NCBI RefSeq assembly: GCF_902713615.1
Contig: NC_052175.1
Span: forward strand, 7,457,941 to 7,521,940
DNA: 64,000 bases
Direction of reading: 5' to 3'
DNA from: Scyliorhinus canicula
Lineage: Eukaryota
The translations under genes were made by a program, and so were the position numbers. Below, piece after piece: positions 47,761 to 60,842 of the stretch (positions are counted from its first letter, which is position 1; each line of letters starts with the position of its first letter). Under the pieces are notes generated by a model, which worked only from the letters and a program-made list of their open reading frames with translations, was not told the origin of the DNA and did no database searches.

Positions 47761-50237
47761 ATATAATATGCTCAATCACACACTGTTTGGATTACAGATT
47801 GAATCCGTTTCATTCTGAGACATGCCTTCCCAAACATTAAATAGTTCTTCATTTGACGAACTGTCATTTCGGTTTGTGGTTAGAGTAATAATCGGGTTTG
47901 GAAGAAGTTTAAGATGGCGGTAGGCTGCTCATCCTCTCGGTAAATGAGGAGAGATATGTATTTCAATCTGAAACCAGATGCAGACAAAATGTCAAACAAG
48001 TTTTGCTTGTTTTTCATCTGCAATGAGCGCTAATTCTATTTACAGTGACTATAATTACATAATCATAGAACTGTTTTTGCGCAGAAGGAGGCCATTCATA
48101 GAATAACAGAATTTACAGTGAAGAAAGAACCCATTCGGCCCAATGAGTCTGCGCCGGCCCTTTGAAAGAGCACCCTACCCAAGTCCACGTCTCCACCCTA
48201 TACCCGAAACCCAGTAACTCCACCCAACATTTTTGAACACGAAGGGCAATTGAGCATGGCCAATCCACGTAATTTGACATTGTTGGACTGTGGGAGGAAA
48301 CCGTAGCACCCGTAAGAAACCCACCGGGCATGGGAAGAACGTGCAGACTCCACACAGACAGTGAAACAAGCCGGGAATCGAACCTGGTAACGTGGGGCTG
48401 TGAAGCAGCTGTGCAAACCACTGTGCCACCGTGCTGCCCTGGTCTCTTCGGCCCTTGGGCCCATTGTCTCAGCAACACCTCTCCAAACGAGGGCTTGGCT
48501 GATCGCCATTCGCCTGCCTTCCCCCGTACACATTGTAACGATACAGGGAAGCATCCAGTTCATTCCAGAATGCCTCGATTGGACGTACCTCTGTCGGACT
48601 TTCAGGCAGTTAATTCCAGCCAAACTTCCTTTGCGTGAAAATATTTTTTGTTATGATGTCTCATTTGCTGTTTTTTGCAGAGCTCTTTCAATATTTGTTT
48701 TTTCCTTCTTGTTCGTCAAACCTGCTTGTAATTATTCATCAAACTCCATTGCGCTTGTTCTCTACGCCCGTATATATATGACTGAAGTTTAAATTCAGTT
48801 AAAGGGCGACAGGAACATTGAGATTATGTTTTAAATGTAAATGTGTGCGCATGGAAGCTGAGCTGGCTGAAGTGATTTGGCAAATTCAGTTTCCGGGCCA
48901 GCGAATAGAGATGCAGTGGCAAATATTTAAACAGGTAATTCAAAACACACTGGATAGCGCAGTGGTTAGCACTGCTGCCTCACGGCGCCGAAGCCTGGTT
49001 GGGTCATTGCCTGTGTGGAGTTTGCACCTTCTCCCCGTTGTTGCGTGGAATTCGCCCCACAACCCAAAGATGCGCAGGTTAGGTGGTTTGGCCGCTCTAA
49101 ATTGCCCATTAATTGGAAAAAAAGAATTTTGGTACTCTAAATTTATTTTTAAAAATATACATTCCATGGAAAAAAAACAAAACCCAAGGTACGGACCCTC
49201 AATCATGGACTAACTTAAAGGTTTAAAGGTAGTATAAAATATATTTTTTAAAATTAATAAGCAGTACTGCGCAAAGACAGGTGCCGGTTCAGAATGTTGG
49301 ACAGAACATAACGAACAAAAACAATTAAAAGAAATGGCTAATAGAGAAGGAAAAATAGAGTACAAGCGAAACCTAGCCAGAAAGAAAACACATACATTCG
49401 GAAAGAGATTGTTTTAAATAAGTAATTGAAGAAGAATAATGAACAAAGTGATTTTTTGTCCTATAGAAAGTGGAAAGAGGGAATATGCCAGATGAATTCA
49501 ACAGGTATTTAGCCAGCCTTCCCTGCAGAATACGCAAATTAAATCAAAGCAATAATCCATGAAATGGGAGTGAGAGAGATACCAGCGAAAATTCCAATCA
49601 ATAAAGAGGTTCACTTATTACATATATAGACCTGTGATATTACCAGTCCCCGGATACTGATGGGCTTCGTCCTCCCGTCGTCATATATATGTCCAGAGAG
49701 ATAGCTGTTGCCTTGGTTTTAATTTCCCCAAACCCCGGTGCATTCGAGGAGGGCCCCATTACATTGGGAGATAGGAACCGTTAATCCATAATTCAACAAG
49801 GAGGTGAGACAGAAAGCAGGAAACTTCAGGCCAGTTGGTTTAGCATCTGGCGTGGCGAAAATGATATAAATTATTATTCAAGAATTTAAAGAATGGCACT
49901 TAGATGAATTCAAGGAAATTAATAAACTCAACACGATTTTATGCAAGGGAAATCAAGTTTAACCGAGCTATGGAAACTCACTGAAGAAGTAAAATGTGCT
50001 GTGAATAAAATGGGTTCTATGATATTTAGATTTCCAGAAGACATTTGATAAAGTGACACCACACAGGTCATTACAGAAAATAAAGTTGATAAATCTTATG
50101 GAAATGGGTAACATATTAGCAAGGGTAGGAAATTGGTTGCAGAACAGGAAGCCGAGACCCTGCATCAATTGGTTCTTTTTCAAGTTCAGTAAGAAGTCTT
50201 ACAACACCAGGTTAAAGTCCAACAGGTTTGTTTCAAA

Positions 50238-50272
50238 CACGAGCTTTCGGAGCACGGCTCCTTCTTCAGGTG
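50238..50272 (-). ncRNA. Minimal type I hammerhead ribozyme motif (left pLTR arm)
   Basis: Reverse complement of the 51143-51177 copy. Confidence 0.7.
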
Positions 50273-51142
50273 AATGGAAAGGCTTGTTCCAGAAATGTTT
50301 ATATAGACACAGTCAGAGATGCCCCGGAATGCGAGCACCTGCAGGCAATCAAATCATCAAAGATGCAGAGAGAGAGGTAACTCCAGGTTAAAGAGGTGTG
50401 AATTGTCCCAAGCCAGTTCAGTCGGTAGGCCTCTGCAAGTCCAGGCTTGTTGGTGGGGGCCGAATGTAATGCGACATGAATCCCAGATCCCGGTTGAGTC
50501 CGCATTCATGCGTGCGGAACTTAGCTATAAGTTTTTGCTCAGCAGTTTTGCGTTGTCGCGTCTCCTGAAGGCCTCCTTGTAGAATGCTGACCCGGAGATC
50601 AGAGGCTGAATGTCCTTGACTGCTGAAGTGTTCCCCAACTGGAAGGGAACAGTCCTGCCTGTTGATAGTCGCACGATGCCCGTTTATTCGTTGTCGCAGT
50701 GTCTGCATGGTCTCGCCAATGTACCACGCTTCGGGACATCCTTTCCTGCAGCGTATGAGGTAGACTACATTGGTCGAGTCGCACGAGTATGCGCCGCGTA
50801 CTCTTTCAGCCTCTGATCTCCGGGTCAGCATTCTACAAGGAGGCCTTCAGGAGACGCGACAACGCAAAATTGCTGAGCAAAAACTTATAGCTAAGTTCCG
50901 CACGCATGAATGCGGACTCAACCGGGATCTGGGATTCATGTCGCATTACATTCGGCCCCCACCAACAAGCCTGGACTTGCAGAGGCCTACCGACTGAACT
51001 GGCTTGGGACAATTCACACCTCTTTAACCTGGAGTTACCTCTCTCTCTGCATCTTTGATGATTTGATTGCCTGCAGGTGCTCGCATTCCGGGGCATCTCT
51101 GACTGTGTCTATATAAACATTTCTGGAACAAGCCTTTCCATT

Positions 51143-51177
51143 CACCTGAAGAAGGAGCCGTGCTCCGAAAGCTCGTG
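51143..51177 (+). ncRNA. Minimal type I hammerhead ribozyme motif (right pLTR arm)
   Basis: cac-CUGAAGA-a-GGAGC(cgu)GCUCC-GAAA-gc-UC-gtg: CUGAnGA and GAAA boxes, 5-bp stem II, cac/gtg stem I and self-complementary AGCU in place of stem III. Confidence 0.72.
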
Positions 51178-52344
51178 TTTGAAACAAACCTGTTGGACTT
51201 TAACCTGGTGTTGTAAGACTTCTTACTGTGCTCACCCCAGTCCAACGCCGGCATCTCCACATCATGGCTTTTTCAAGTTAGCAACGTGAAATGTTTGGTT
51301 GCCAAACGAATTGTTTTGGGTCCTCTACTGTTTGCAATGTCTTTAAATAACTCTGATGAAGGGACCAGGGAGAAGGTTGCCACATTTTCTCATAACACAA
51401 AGGTATGTACGAAGGTAAATTGTGAAGTTGACAAATGCAGGGAACAACAAATAGAGATATGTTAAATGTTTGGCAAAGATCTGGCAACTGGTGCGTCATG
51501 TAGAGAACATGTGAAATTGTCTATTTTGGTAGGAGAAATGAAACAAGGAACACATTATCTAAAGAGTGAGAAGTGCAGATGCTCTGAAGGTCGAGGGATC
51601 TGGGTGTCCAGACGAATCACAAACAATAGAGGTATAACAAGTAATTAGAAGTCGAATAGAATGTTATCATTTACGGAGAGGGAAATAGAAAGCAAACGTA
51701 GTGAGTTGACGGTTGAGTTGGACACAGCACCAGCGAAAAACAATGGGCAACATTGGTCAATTTATTTCAGGAAGAATGTAAATGCGTTGGACGTCATTCA
51801 GAGTAAGATTTTCAGAATAATACCCGGGACGGATGATTTTTGCAGTTGTTATGTCTATCATAACCACTGGAGTTTAAAGAGCAAGATGCGATTGCATTAT
51901 AACATATCAGTTCCTGAAGTGTGGAGAAGGCGTTTTCTCTTGCGGGGGAATCTAGAATTGGGCTGGACAGTGTAACAATAATTGTCCGCCCGTTTCAAAG
52001 GGAAATTAGATTTATTTTACTCTGAGACTCTTTTAAACTTTCTTCCTTTTATATTGCGGCGGAAGGAGAATATTTGAATACTTTAAAGACAGAAATGGAT
52101 GGCTTCCTGGGAAGCAGGGAGCGGGAGAGAGGTGATCGGGAGTAGGCAGAATGCAGAACTCAGGTTACTGTCAGATCAGAATAAACAGTGGACCGGAGCC
52201 GAGGGCAGAATAACCTATTCCTGCTCCATGCTCGTATTTTGGTCATTAAAGCTATAAAATTCCGCAACGATTGCCACACTAAATGTTGGGAAGATGCGCT
52301 CTTTTGAGGGAATACTGAAATAGGAACACAGTTTCAGCAGTAAG

Positions 52345-53320
52345 AACAGAAGAACATATGAACATAAGAACTACGAGCAGGGGTATCCTGCTCATCTGGA
52401 CCCTCGAACCTGCTGCGCCATTCAATGAGTTCATGGCTGATTTTTTGTGGACTCAGTTCCACTTTCTGGCTTGAACACCATTACCCTGACTCCCTTTATT
52501 CTTCAAAAAAACGATATATCTTTATCTTAAAAACATTTAATGAAGGATCCACTACTGCTTAAGTGGGCGAGGAATTCCTAGATTCACAAACCTTTAGGTG
52601 AAGAAGTTCTTCCTAAACTCAGTCCTAAATCTACTTCCCCTTATTTTGAAGCTATGCCCCCTAGTTCTGCTTTCACCCGCCAGTGGAAAAAACCTGCCTG
52701 CATTTATCCTATCTATTCCCTTCATAATTTTATATGTTTCTATAAGATTCCCCCCTCATCCTTCTAAATTCCAACGAGTACAGTCCCAGTCTACTCAACC
52801 TGTCCTCGTAATGCAACCACTTCAGCTCTGGGATTAACCTAGTGAATTTCCTCTGCACACCCTCCAGTGCCAGTACGTCCTTTCTCAAGTAAGGAGACCA
52901 AAACTGAACTCAATACCCCAGTTGTGGCCTCACTAACACGTTATACAATCGCCTCATAACCTCCCTAGTCTTAAACTCCATCCCTCTAGCAATGAAGGAC
53001 AGAATTCCATTCGCCTTCTTAAACACCTGCTGCACCTGTAAACCAACCTTTTGCGACTCATGCATTAGCACACCCCAGGTCTCTCTGCATGCTTTAATAT
53101 TTCATCGTTTAAATAATAATCCCGTTTACTGTTATTCCTACCAAAATGGATAACCTCTCATTTGTCTACATTGTATTCCATCTGCCAGACGCTAGCCCAT
53201 TCACTTAACCTATCGAAATACCTCTGCAGAATTCCAGTATCCTCTGCACTTTTCGCTTTAACGTTCATCTTAGTGTGGTCTGCAAACTTGGACACGTGGA
53301 AACTTGGACACATTGCACTT
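52345..53320 (-). mobile_element. 5'-truncated CR1 (same subfamily as 955-1930)
   Basis: High similarity to 955-1930 and 17695-18665; tail aacatatgaacataagaac. Confidence 0.9.
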
Positions 53321-55273
53321 GTTCCCCAACTCCATGAGGGAGACGAGGATGAATGGGTTCTCCCAGTCGCTCACTTGTCTTTAAAATTCTCATTCCCACA
53401 GACGAGTGAGGGCGGGGTCATTGAATGTAGTCCAAGCTGAATTAGAGCGGTTTTAATTGACGATGGATTCCCGAGTTGTAAGGACGCAGACAGGAGGATG
53501 GAGATGAGATCAACAATCAGGTTAGCTAAGCTCTTGTTTTATTTCAGAGCAGACTCGAGGGGCCGAGTGGCCTGCGCCTGCTTTTATTTGCTACGGTCAA
53601 TTAGTGTCTGCTGTCTTAAGTAAAGATAATCAGAATTATTAATTTGCCTCCACACCAGCCTGCCCGGACAGGCGGCGGAATGTGGCGACTAGGGGCTTTT
53701 CACAGTAACTTCATTGAAGCCTACTCGTGACTATAAGCAATTTTCATTTCATTTCATAAATGATAACGGAACGTTGGAAACAGTAAAGCATCAACACCAT
53801 GGGAATGGATTTGGAAATAAACTGCTTTCTGAGACAGCCTGAAATACAGTTAGAATGTCAGTGATGGGTTTTACAACACACGTCACTTACTGACTTTTCA
53901 CTGTGGGATCTGTTCACTCGGTTTTCTGAAATAAGAAACGGCAATTAGTACTTAAAAGAATGGACATTACACAAACGTTTCTGAACATACCGCTGTTAAA
54001 CATTAATATTCACTCAGTCACCAGATACGGTCCGGTAGCACCGTGGTTATCACTGCTGCTTCACAGCGCCAATGACGGGGGTTTGATATCGGTTTGGAAC
54101 ATTCGGTGTGGAGTCGGCGTGTGTTTCCTTTGGGTGCTCCACTTTCCGTCACAAGTCCCGAAAGATGTGTTTGTTCGGTGAATTGGACATTCAGAACACA
54201 GAGTGTGTACACTGGGGGATTTTCATAGTAACTTCATTGCAGTGTTAATGCAAGCCTACATGTGACAATAATAAAGATTATTATGCGAATACAAAACCAA
54301 ATTCCAAACAGGATCAATTGTCGAGAATCTGACAAATGTTGAAAATGCACAACCCTGACATAGAGAAAGCAATTAGAAACTGACTGTTGCTGGGTCAAAA
54401 GATTCTTTATGGGACTCAAAGCAGGAAAAACCGTGCGGAAAATTATCTGAAGGACTCGTCAGGGACCAAGTCACGCAATCTTCAACAGAATGATGAGGAA
54501 TAGAAGGTGGGAGACAAGAGCAAGGTGTACTCATGTTGTTGTGAAATTCATGTGAGTCTGGTAGCAGGAATCACTAGCAGAATGAGTTCTGAAATTAACA
54601 GTACTGAATGTTTGACTTTCTTGCAGAAATATTTGACCTTCAATGATGAAGGGGCGAGTGAGCAGAGCCTTCAACAGAGAGCGAGGTCTGCCAGCAACGA
54701 GGAGCGTTGGCTGTGACCGCAGCTGCTTGCTGTGAGCATTACAAATGCCTCGCCGACAGCCCATGTGGGGATGTGCAAAGTGCATTCAGGTCAAGATATC
54801 AGTGCCCGAGATTGTGACCACGTTCTGCTTGAGATAGAAAATGATGTTCGAGCCAAAAGCTGTCAGTGGTTTTCCTGTTTTTACAGTTCAGGCACTTCAC
54901 ACACAGAACTGCCTTCAGAGGTCAAACACTGAAATTAAATGAAAAATGAAAATCGCTTATTGTCACAAGTAGGCTTCAAACGAAGTTACTATGAAAACCC
55001 CTAGTCGCCACATTCCGGCGCCTGTTCCCGTAACAGCCTCCCCGAACAGGCGCATTCTCAACGGCAGATAATCACGTTCTGTGAAGTCGTCTGTTTTTTG
55101 TCAGCTGTAACGCACATGCAGTGACGCAGTGCGTCAAATGAACGTCACATTCAACAAGACACCGCTCACAAAATGGTGTCATACTTTCCAGAGCACTGAT
55201 CGTCGTCGATTCCACCATGCTGGCCACTGACCTCGGAGTGAGCGTGAAAAGTGTGAGCAGTCTCCGGCTCAAG

Positions 55274-55322
55274 ATGGCAAAGCAATATTTCGCCTTGATA
55301 CTCATTCTCCTGGTTCTGCGGG
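55274..55322 (+). pseudogene. VJ-C1 gene 1: leader exon
   Basis: MAKQYFALILILLVLR+G, phase 1. The donor G|gttacg is weak. Confidence 0.6.
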
Positions 55323-55634
55323 GTTACGATCAGCAAACGACAGTGGGAAACTTAACTGGAATCACCATCGTTAGATAAAATACGAGAATGATTGTTGCCT
55401 GAGACAAAAATGCGATCCAGTGATCAGGTGAATGGATTTCACTAGATCCTGTCAACATGTTTACTGGTTCCTCCTGTAAAGTGAATAAGAACTAAATTGA
55501 TCAATAAATCTATCCAAAAACTGTGAAAAACAACAACGAGATTTCTCTTAAATTACAGCCGAAGCGTTTCAAAGCCGATGTTTCTATTTTCTCAATAATC
55601 ATTGATAACGTAACAATAATCTTTGTGGTGACAG

Positions 55635-56220
55635 ACTCCAAGTCCTCTCTGTCTCAGATCCAGTTCCCAATGACCGTGCATGTCGGGCAGATGGTGGAAT
55701 TACCCTGTCATAACAGTTACGAAGTGGAATTGGTGTCTCGCTATGCCTGGCATCAGGAAAGAATGTGTGAAATACTAAAATAAATCGACATTACATCCTG
55801 TAATCCGGCCAATTGAAAGTTTATTTCTAAAAAAAGGCAACAGCAAAACTGTACTGATTCCGGAAATCCGCAATGTCTTCATAGTTTTCATAGAATTTAC
55901 AGTGCAGCAGGAGGCTATCGAGTCTGCACCGGCTCATTGAAACAGCACCCGACCCAAGCCCACATGGCCACCCTATCCCCAAAACCCAGTACCCCCACCC
56001 AACACTAAGGTCAATTTTGAACACTACGGGCAATTACGCATGGCCAGCCACCTAACCTGTACATCTTTGGGCTGTGGGAGGAAACCGGAGCACCCGGATG
56101 AAACCCACGCACACACGGGGAGAACGTGCAGACTCCGCTCAATAATCCAGCCGAATGACTACTGTGCTGGTGTGGATAGTCATGAACCGCTCCCGAAAGC
56201 AGCTACACTACTGGTTGGAG
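55635..56220 (+). pseudogene. VJ-C1 gene 1: V(J) exon, disrupted by stops, a frameshift and a SINE insertion
   Basis: Acceptor gtgacag, then DSKSSLSQIQFPMTVHVGQMVELPCHNSYEVELVSRYAWHQ..*..*..(frameshift)GNSKTVLIPEIRNV, the SINE at ~55872-56137, then QPNDYCAGVDSHEPLPKAATLLVG and donor GAG|gtaaga. Confidence 0.8.
55872..56137 (-). mobile_element. Truncated V-SINE inserted inside the V exon of gene 1
   Basis: SINE core ggaggaaaccggagcacccgg..cacacggggagaacgtgcagactcc and tail catagaatttacagtgcag lie between the RNV and QPND codons. Confidence 0.85.
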
Positions 56221-56310
56221 GTAAGAGAACAATTGAAATACATTCTGATCATGCACAGCAATATCATTTTGTGTGACTCAATCGTTGACTATGTCTCAAT
56301 CTGTGTCCAG

Positions 56311-56640
56311 ACAGTTCCACCAACAAGACGGCGGTGTAGATATTTGTGCCACACGGTGAGGAGCATTCCAGGGAAACCATCCCCTTGGTGTGTTTAGTCA
56401 CTGGACTTTCTTCTGACCGGATTGCTATTTTCTACAATATGTCCGACCTGGTAACCGAGGGATCGAGCGATTCCAGTACTATCGAGGAGGACGGGACCTA
56501 CATCATCACCCGTCAGCTCAGGATGTCGATGAATATGTGGAGAAGCGGCCCTGTCTGTACTTGTCTTGTTCATCTGGGGGCACAAGGCAAATGTGGGACA
56601 AAGAGCGTGTCGATCCCCAAAGCAGCAGGCACAAGGACAG
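56311..56640 (+). pseudogene. VJ-C1 gene 1: C1-set constant exon with one premature stop
   Basis: After a 90-nt intron, a 330-nt phase 1-1 exon: DSSTNKTAV*IFVPHGEEHSRETIPLVCLVTGLSSDRIAIFYN..DGTYIITRQL..WRSGPVCTCLV..SVSIPKAAGTRT. TAG at 56337-56339; donor CAG|gtgaat. Confidence 0.88.
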
Positions 56641-56993
56641 GTGAATCGGTGATCTTCACAATGATTGTTTTAATTCAAGTTATAGTTAGTAAGAATGATT
56701 TCCTCTAAGATAAAACACTGAAGCCTGTTAAATAAAAACAAAGGCTCTCCAATCTTTACCCCGATAGCTCTGTCACACTTTCCCTTCAATTTATAATCGG
56801 GTTACCTTCTCAAAGTTATTATTGAATCAGCTTCAACCGCCCATTTTAGGCAGTGAACTTTGAAATAAAGTTGTGATCAGTTCTATGCTGGATGCGCTTT
56901 ACAAACAGAAACCAGACAAAAGTTGAACTTGTTGGCAATAACTGACTTGTTTTCTGAGACATTCATTCGTTTTCTCTGAACCTCATTTTCCAG

Positions 56994-57110
56994 AACCCAT
57001 CATGCGTGTAACCTCTGTTTTATTGGTTTAATCCTGCTTCCTGATACTTGCCATCTTTGACAACATTAAAATCTGGGTCAAACGCCTCAAAGAAATTTCA
57101 TTTTCAGAAA
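56994..57110 (+). pseudogene. VJ-C1 gene 1: probable transmembrane exon with an in-frame stop
   Basis: Acceptor cctcattttccag. Phase-1 reading is EPIMRVTSVLLV*SCFLILAIFDNIKIWVKRLK (hydrophobic run then basic residues). The 3' end is undefined. Confidence 0.45.
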
Positions 57111-57479
57111 TTATCCCAAGTGTATCACACAGATTTTATTTTAGCAGGGGGAACCGGAGCTTCATTGTTCCAACCCATTGACAGGGATAGGGCGATTACT
57201 AACGCATGCAGAGCCATTGGTATTAAAATTAGGGCAGAGAGTAGAACAAGAAGGGAGCTGCGCTGAACATTAACAAAACTCTGGTTCAGCATCAACTGGA
57301 TACTATGTCCTATGTGGGCACCGTACTGTATGGATAATGTATTAGAGACAGGGAAGAAAAGATTCACGGGAACGGTATCACGAATGGTAACATTAATTCA
57401 CGTGCATTATCGATAGACACTGATGCTGGTCTCTTTGGAGAAGATAAGTTCGAGCAGATATTTGATAGTGGTTTTTGCA

Positions 57480-59120
57480 GATTAGGAGGGATATGGGCAA
57501 AACTCTGTCCCCGTGGCCAAAGGGTGGAGAGCCAGGAGACGCAAATGTGCTTTCATTGGGAAAGGAATGAAGTGCAACCTAATGGAGAAACCTTCAGTAT
57601 ATTCCAGGTTACTAAGGGAAGCGAGGGTCGAAATAGCAGGGGCCTTAACAGATATCTTTGCAGCATCCTTGAGCATGGGTGAGGTCCCGGAGGACTGGAG
57701 AATTGCTAATGTTGTCCCTTTATTTAAGAAGTGTAGCAGGGAAAATCCAGGGAATTATAGACCTGTGAGCTTGACGACAGTGGTAGGCAAACTGTTGGAG
57801 AAGATACTGAGGGATAGGATCTATTCACATATGGAAGAAAATAGACTTATCAGTGATAGGCAGCATGGTTTTGTGCAGGGAAGGTCATGCCTTACAAACC
57901 TAATAGAATTCTTTGAGCAAGTGACAAAGTTAATTGATGAGTGAAGGGCTGTATATGTCATATACATGGACTTTAGTAAGGCGTTTCATAAGATTTCCCA
58001 TGGCAGGTTGATGGAAAAAGTATGGGGTTCAGGGTGTACTAGCTAGATGGATAAAGAACTGGCTGGGTAACAGGAGACAGAGAGTAGTGGTGGAAGTGAG
58101 TGTCACAAAATGGATAAGGGTACCTAGTGGTGGTCGACAGGGATCCGTGCTCGGACCACTGTTGTTTGTGATCTACATAAATGACTTGGAGGAAGGTATG
58201 GGTGGTCTGATTAACACGTTTGCTGATGATACAAAGATTGGTGGAGTTGCAGATAGCGAGGAGGACTGTCAGAGAATACAACAAAATATAGATAGATTGG
58301 AGAGTTGGGCAGAGAAATGGCAGATGGAGTTCAATCCAGGCAAATGCGAGGTGATGCATTTTGGAAGATCAAATTCAATAGCGGACTATATGGTCAACGG
58401 AAGGGTCCTGGGTAAAATTGATGTACAGAGAGATCTGGGTGTTCGGGTCCATTGTACCCTGAAGGTGGCAACGCAGGTTGATAGAGTGGTCAAGAAGGCA
58501 TATATAGCATGTTGGCCTTCATCGGTCGGGGTATTGAGTACAAGAGTCGGCAGGTCATGTTACAGCTGTATAGGACTTTGGTTAGGCCACATTTGGAATA
58601 CTGCGTGCAGTTCTGGTCGCCACATCACCAGAAGGATGTGGATGCTTTGGAGAGGGTGCAGAGAAGGTTCACCAGGATGTTGCCTGGCATGGAGGGGGAT
58701 TGCTATGAAGAAAGGCTGAGCAGATTAGGATTGTTTTCATTGGAAAGACGGAGGTTGAGCGGGGACCTGATTGAGGTCTACAAAATTATGAGAGGTAAGG
58801 ACAGGGTGGATAGGAACAAACCTTTTTCATGAGTGGGGGTGTCAGTTACAAGGGGGCACGATTTCTAAGTGAAAGGGGAGATGTGCGTGGAAAGTTTTTT
58901 ACGCAGAGGGTGGTGGGTGCCTGCTCCGTTTTACCAGCGGAGGTGGTAGAGGCTGGAACGATAGCATCATTTAAGGGGTATCTAGACAGGTATATGAACG
59001 GGCGGGAACAGAGGGAAGTAGACCTTGGAAAATAGGAGACAGGTTTAGATAAAGGATCTGGATCGGCGCAGGCTAGGAGGGCCGAAGGGCCTGTTCCTGT
59101 GCTGTAATTTTCTTTGTTCT
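57480..59120 (+). mobile_element. 5'-truncated, frameshifted CR1 (RT + 3' end)
   Basis: ORFs 57513-57944, 58087-58719 and 58509-58832; 3'UTR gggccgaagggcctgttcctgtgctgt. Confidence 0.93.
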
Positions 59121-59159
59121 TGGTTAAAGCCTGCCCTCTTCCTCGCCACCTACACGCTC

Positions 59160-59760
59160 ATGCCCTGGTGCCCCCGCAGGATGCTGTGGTCCCACTTCCA
59201 ACTCCGCGTTTGCTTAACCCAACGAAGAATGTATTCCTTGTTCAGAAACCTATGCAATCTCACCAACATTGTCCCCCGCTCGCGGCTTCCTAGCAAGCGC
59301 TCGGTCCACCTCCAACGGTCGGGGGAATGCCCCCTCCCCGAGCAGCTTTTCGAACATACCCGCTACGTATGCCCCAACGTCTGCTCCCGTAGCCCCCTCC
59401 GGGAGCCCGACAATCCCGAAGTTCTGCCGGCGGGACCGGTTCCCAATGCCCTCCACCTTCTCCCGGAGCATTTTCTGCTGTTCCCGAAGCATCCCGAACT
59501 ACAGCCCCACCGCTGCTTCTCCTGTTCAGCCAGCTGCTTCTCTGCCTTCTGAATCGGCCGATCCTGAGCGTCCAATCTGCTCTCGAGCCGATCAATTGAT
59601 CTTTAATCGGGTCCAAACATTCCCGCTTCTGCCTGGCAAAACGATCCAGAGTGGTATGCATCACCGGCTCTGTTTGTCGCTGCGCTGCCACCCCAGGGCC
59701 TCTGATATGTCAACAGCATCATCGTTCCAAAAACTAACCCAAACTCTAAGTTCGGCTGTC
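59160..59760 (-). mobile_element. L1/Tx1-type ORF1 remnant
   Basis: LREKVEGIGNRSRRQNFGIVGLPEG..YVAGMFEKLLG..LEVDRA matches the L1 ORF1 motif (LENRSRRNN+RI+G+PE). Confidence 0.8.
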
Positions 59761-60842
59761 TTTCTTGTTCTCCTCTCATTGAAACACATGCATGATCACG
59801 ACCCCGCTTTGTTCAGCAACATCTCCCTGCCTGCACTTCATCTGAGTCTTACTGACACTATTCTCTAGTTCCCCCTCAGTTATTTCGCCTTTTGATCTGT
59901 TGATCCTGTTTCCATCCTCTCCCCCCTTCGGCATACTAGTTTAAACCCTCCCGTGTAATATTAGTAAACCTCGCACCAAGATATTTCTGCCCCTCCAGTT
60001 TCGGTGCAAACTTTGTGATGTAATGCACTGTGGTGGTTGGATAGCACTTGGTATCACTGTGGACATTTCTGGCCACCACATTATGCAAAAGGCATCTTGT
60101 TTGCATTATTGCTCCCGCAACTGGCAGTTGACAACTAACAGGAAAGTCTGAACATTTGGGGGATTTTTTGCCCCTCTTGACCTGAGTTCTTGAATATTCT
60201 GAGAGGGTTCGACAGGGTAGGCGACAAGAATGTTCCATTGACTCCATGGTGGACGTGAATTGATGTAAGGCGAATAATATGGGATGTACGCCATACTTTG
60301 GCCATCTCTAATTGCTTTGAAGGGCGTGGCTTTCTAAGCCGTTTAAAGGTCGATCACTTTACTGTAGATTTGGAGCCACATAGAAATCGGACAACAATTA
60401 TATATTTCCTTCTCTAAGTGGCGTTGGCGCAGCAGATGCGTCTTAACATAGAACATAGAACAGTACAGCACAGAACAGGCCCTTCGGCCCTCGATGCTGT
60501 GCCGAGCAATGATCACCCTACTCAAACCCATGTATCCACCCTATACCCGTAACCCAACAACCCCCCACCTTAACCTGATATTTTAGGACACTACGCGCAA
60601 TTTAGCATGGCCTATCCACCTAACCCGCACATCTTTGGACTGTGGGAGGGAACCTGAGCACCCGGAGGAAACCCACGCACACACGGGGATGACGTGCAGA
60701 CTCCGCACAGACAGTGACCCAGCCGGGAATCGAACCTGGGACCCTGGAGCTGTGAAGCATTTATGCTAACCACCATGCTACCGTGCTGCCAAATGGTTTG
60801 GTTCTCATTATTATAACTTGATTTCTAAATGGAATCACTTAC

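Larger units (their letters stand above)
50187..51267. mobile_element. Penelope-like element (GIY-YIG 3' end + inverted pseudo-LTR arms) with 12-bp TSD
   Basis: Minus-strand NVVYLIRCRKGCPEAWYIGETMQTLRQRINGHR..VGEHF..EQKLI..GLN is a PLE GIY-YIG endonuclease. 50187-~50610 is inverted at ~50805-51227. ctttttcaagtt flanks both ends (50175-50186 and 51268-51279). Confidence 0.92.
49250..52230 (+). mobile_element. Heavily decayed CR1 RT region, split by the Penelope insertion
   Basis: Aligns by eye with 46480-47760 on both sides of 50187-51267. Confidence 0.7.

Noticed and set aside
54626-54790. Possible third decayed V exon (..QRARS..LAVSITNASPTAHVGMCKV)
   Set aside because: Only vague similarity to the V-domain E/F strands, with no Cys/Trp first half, no DxGxYxC motif, and an internal stop.
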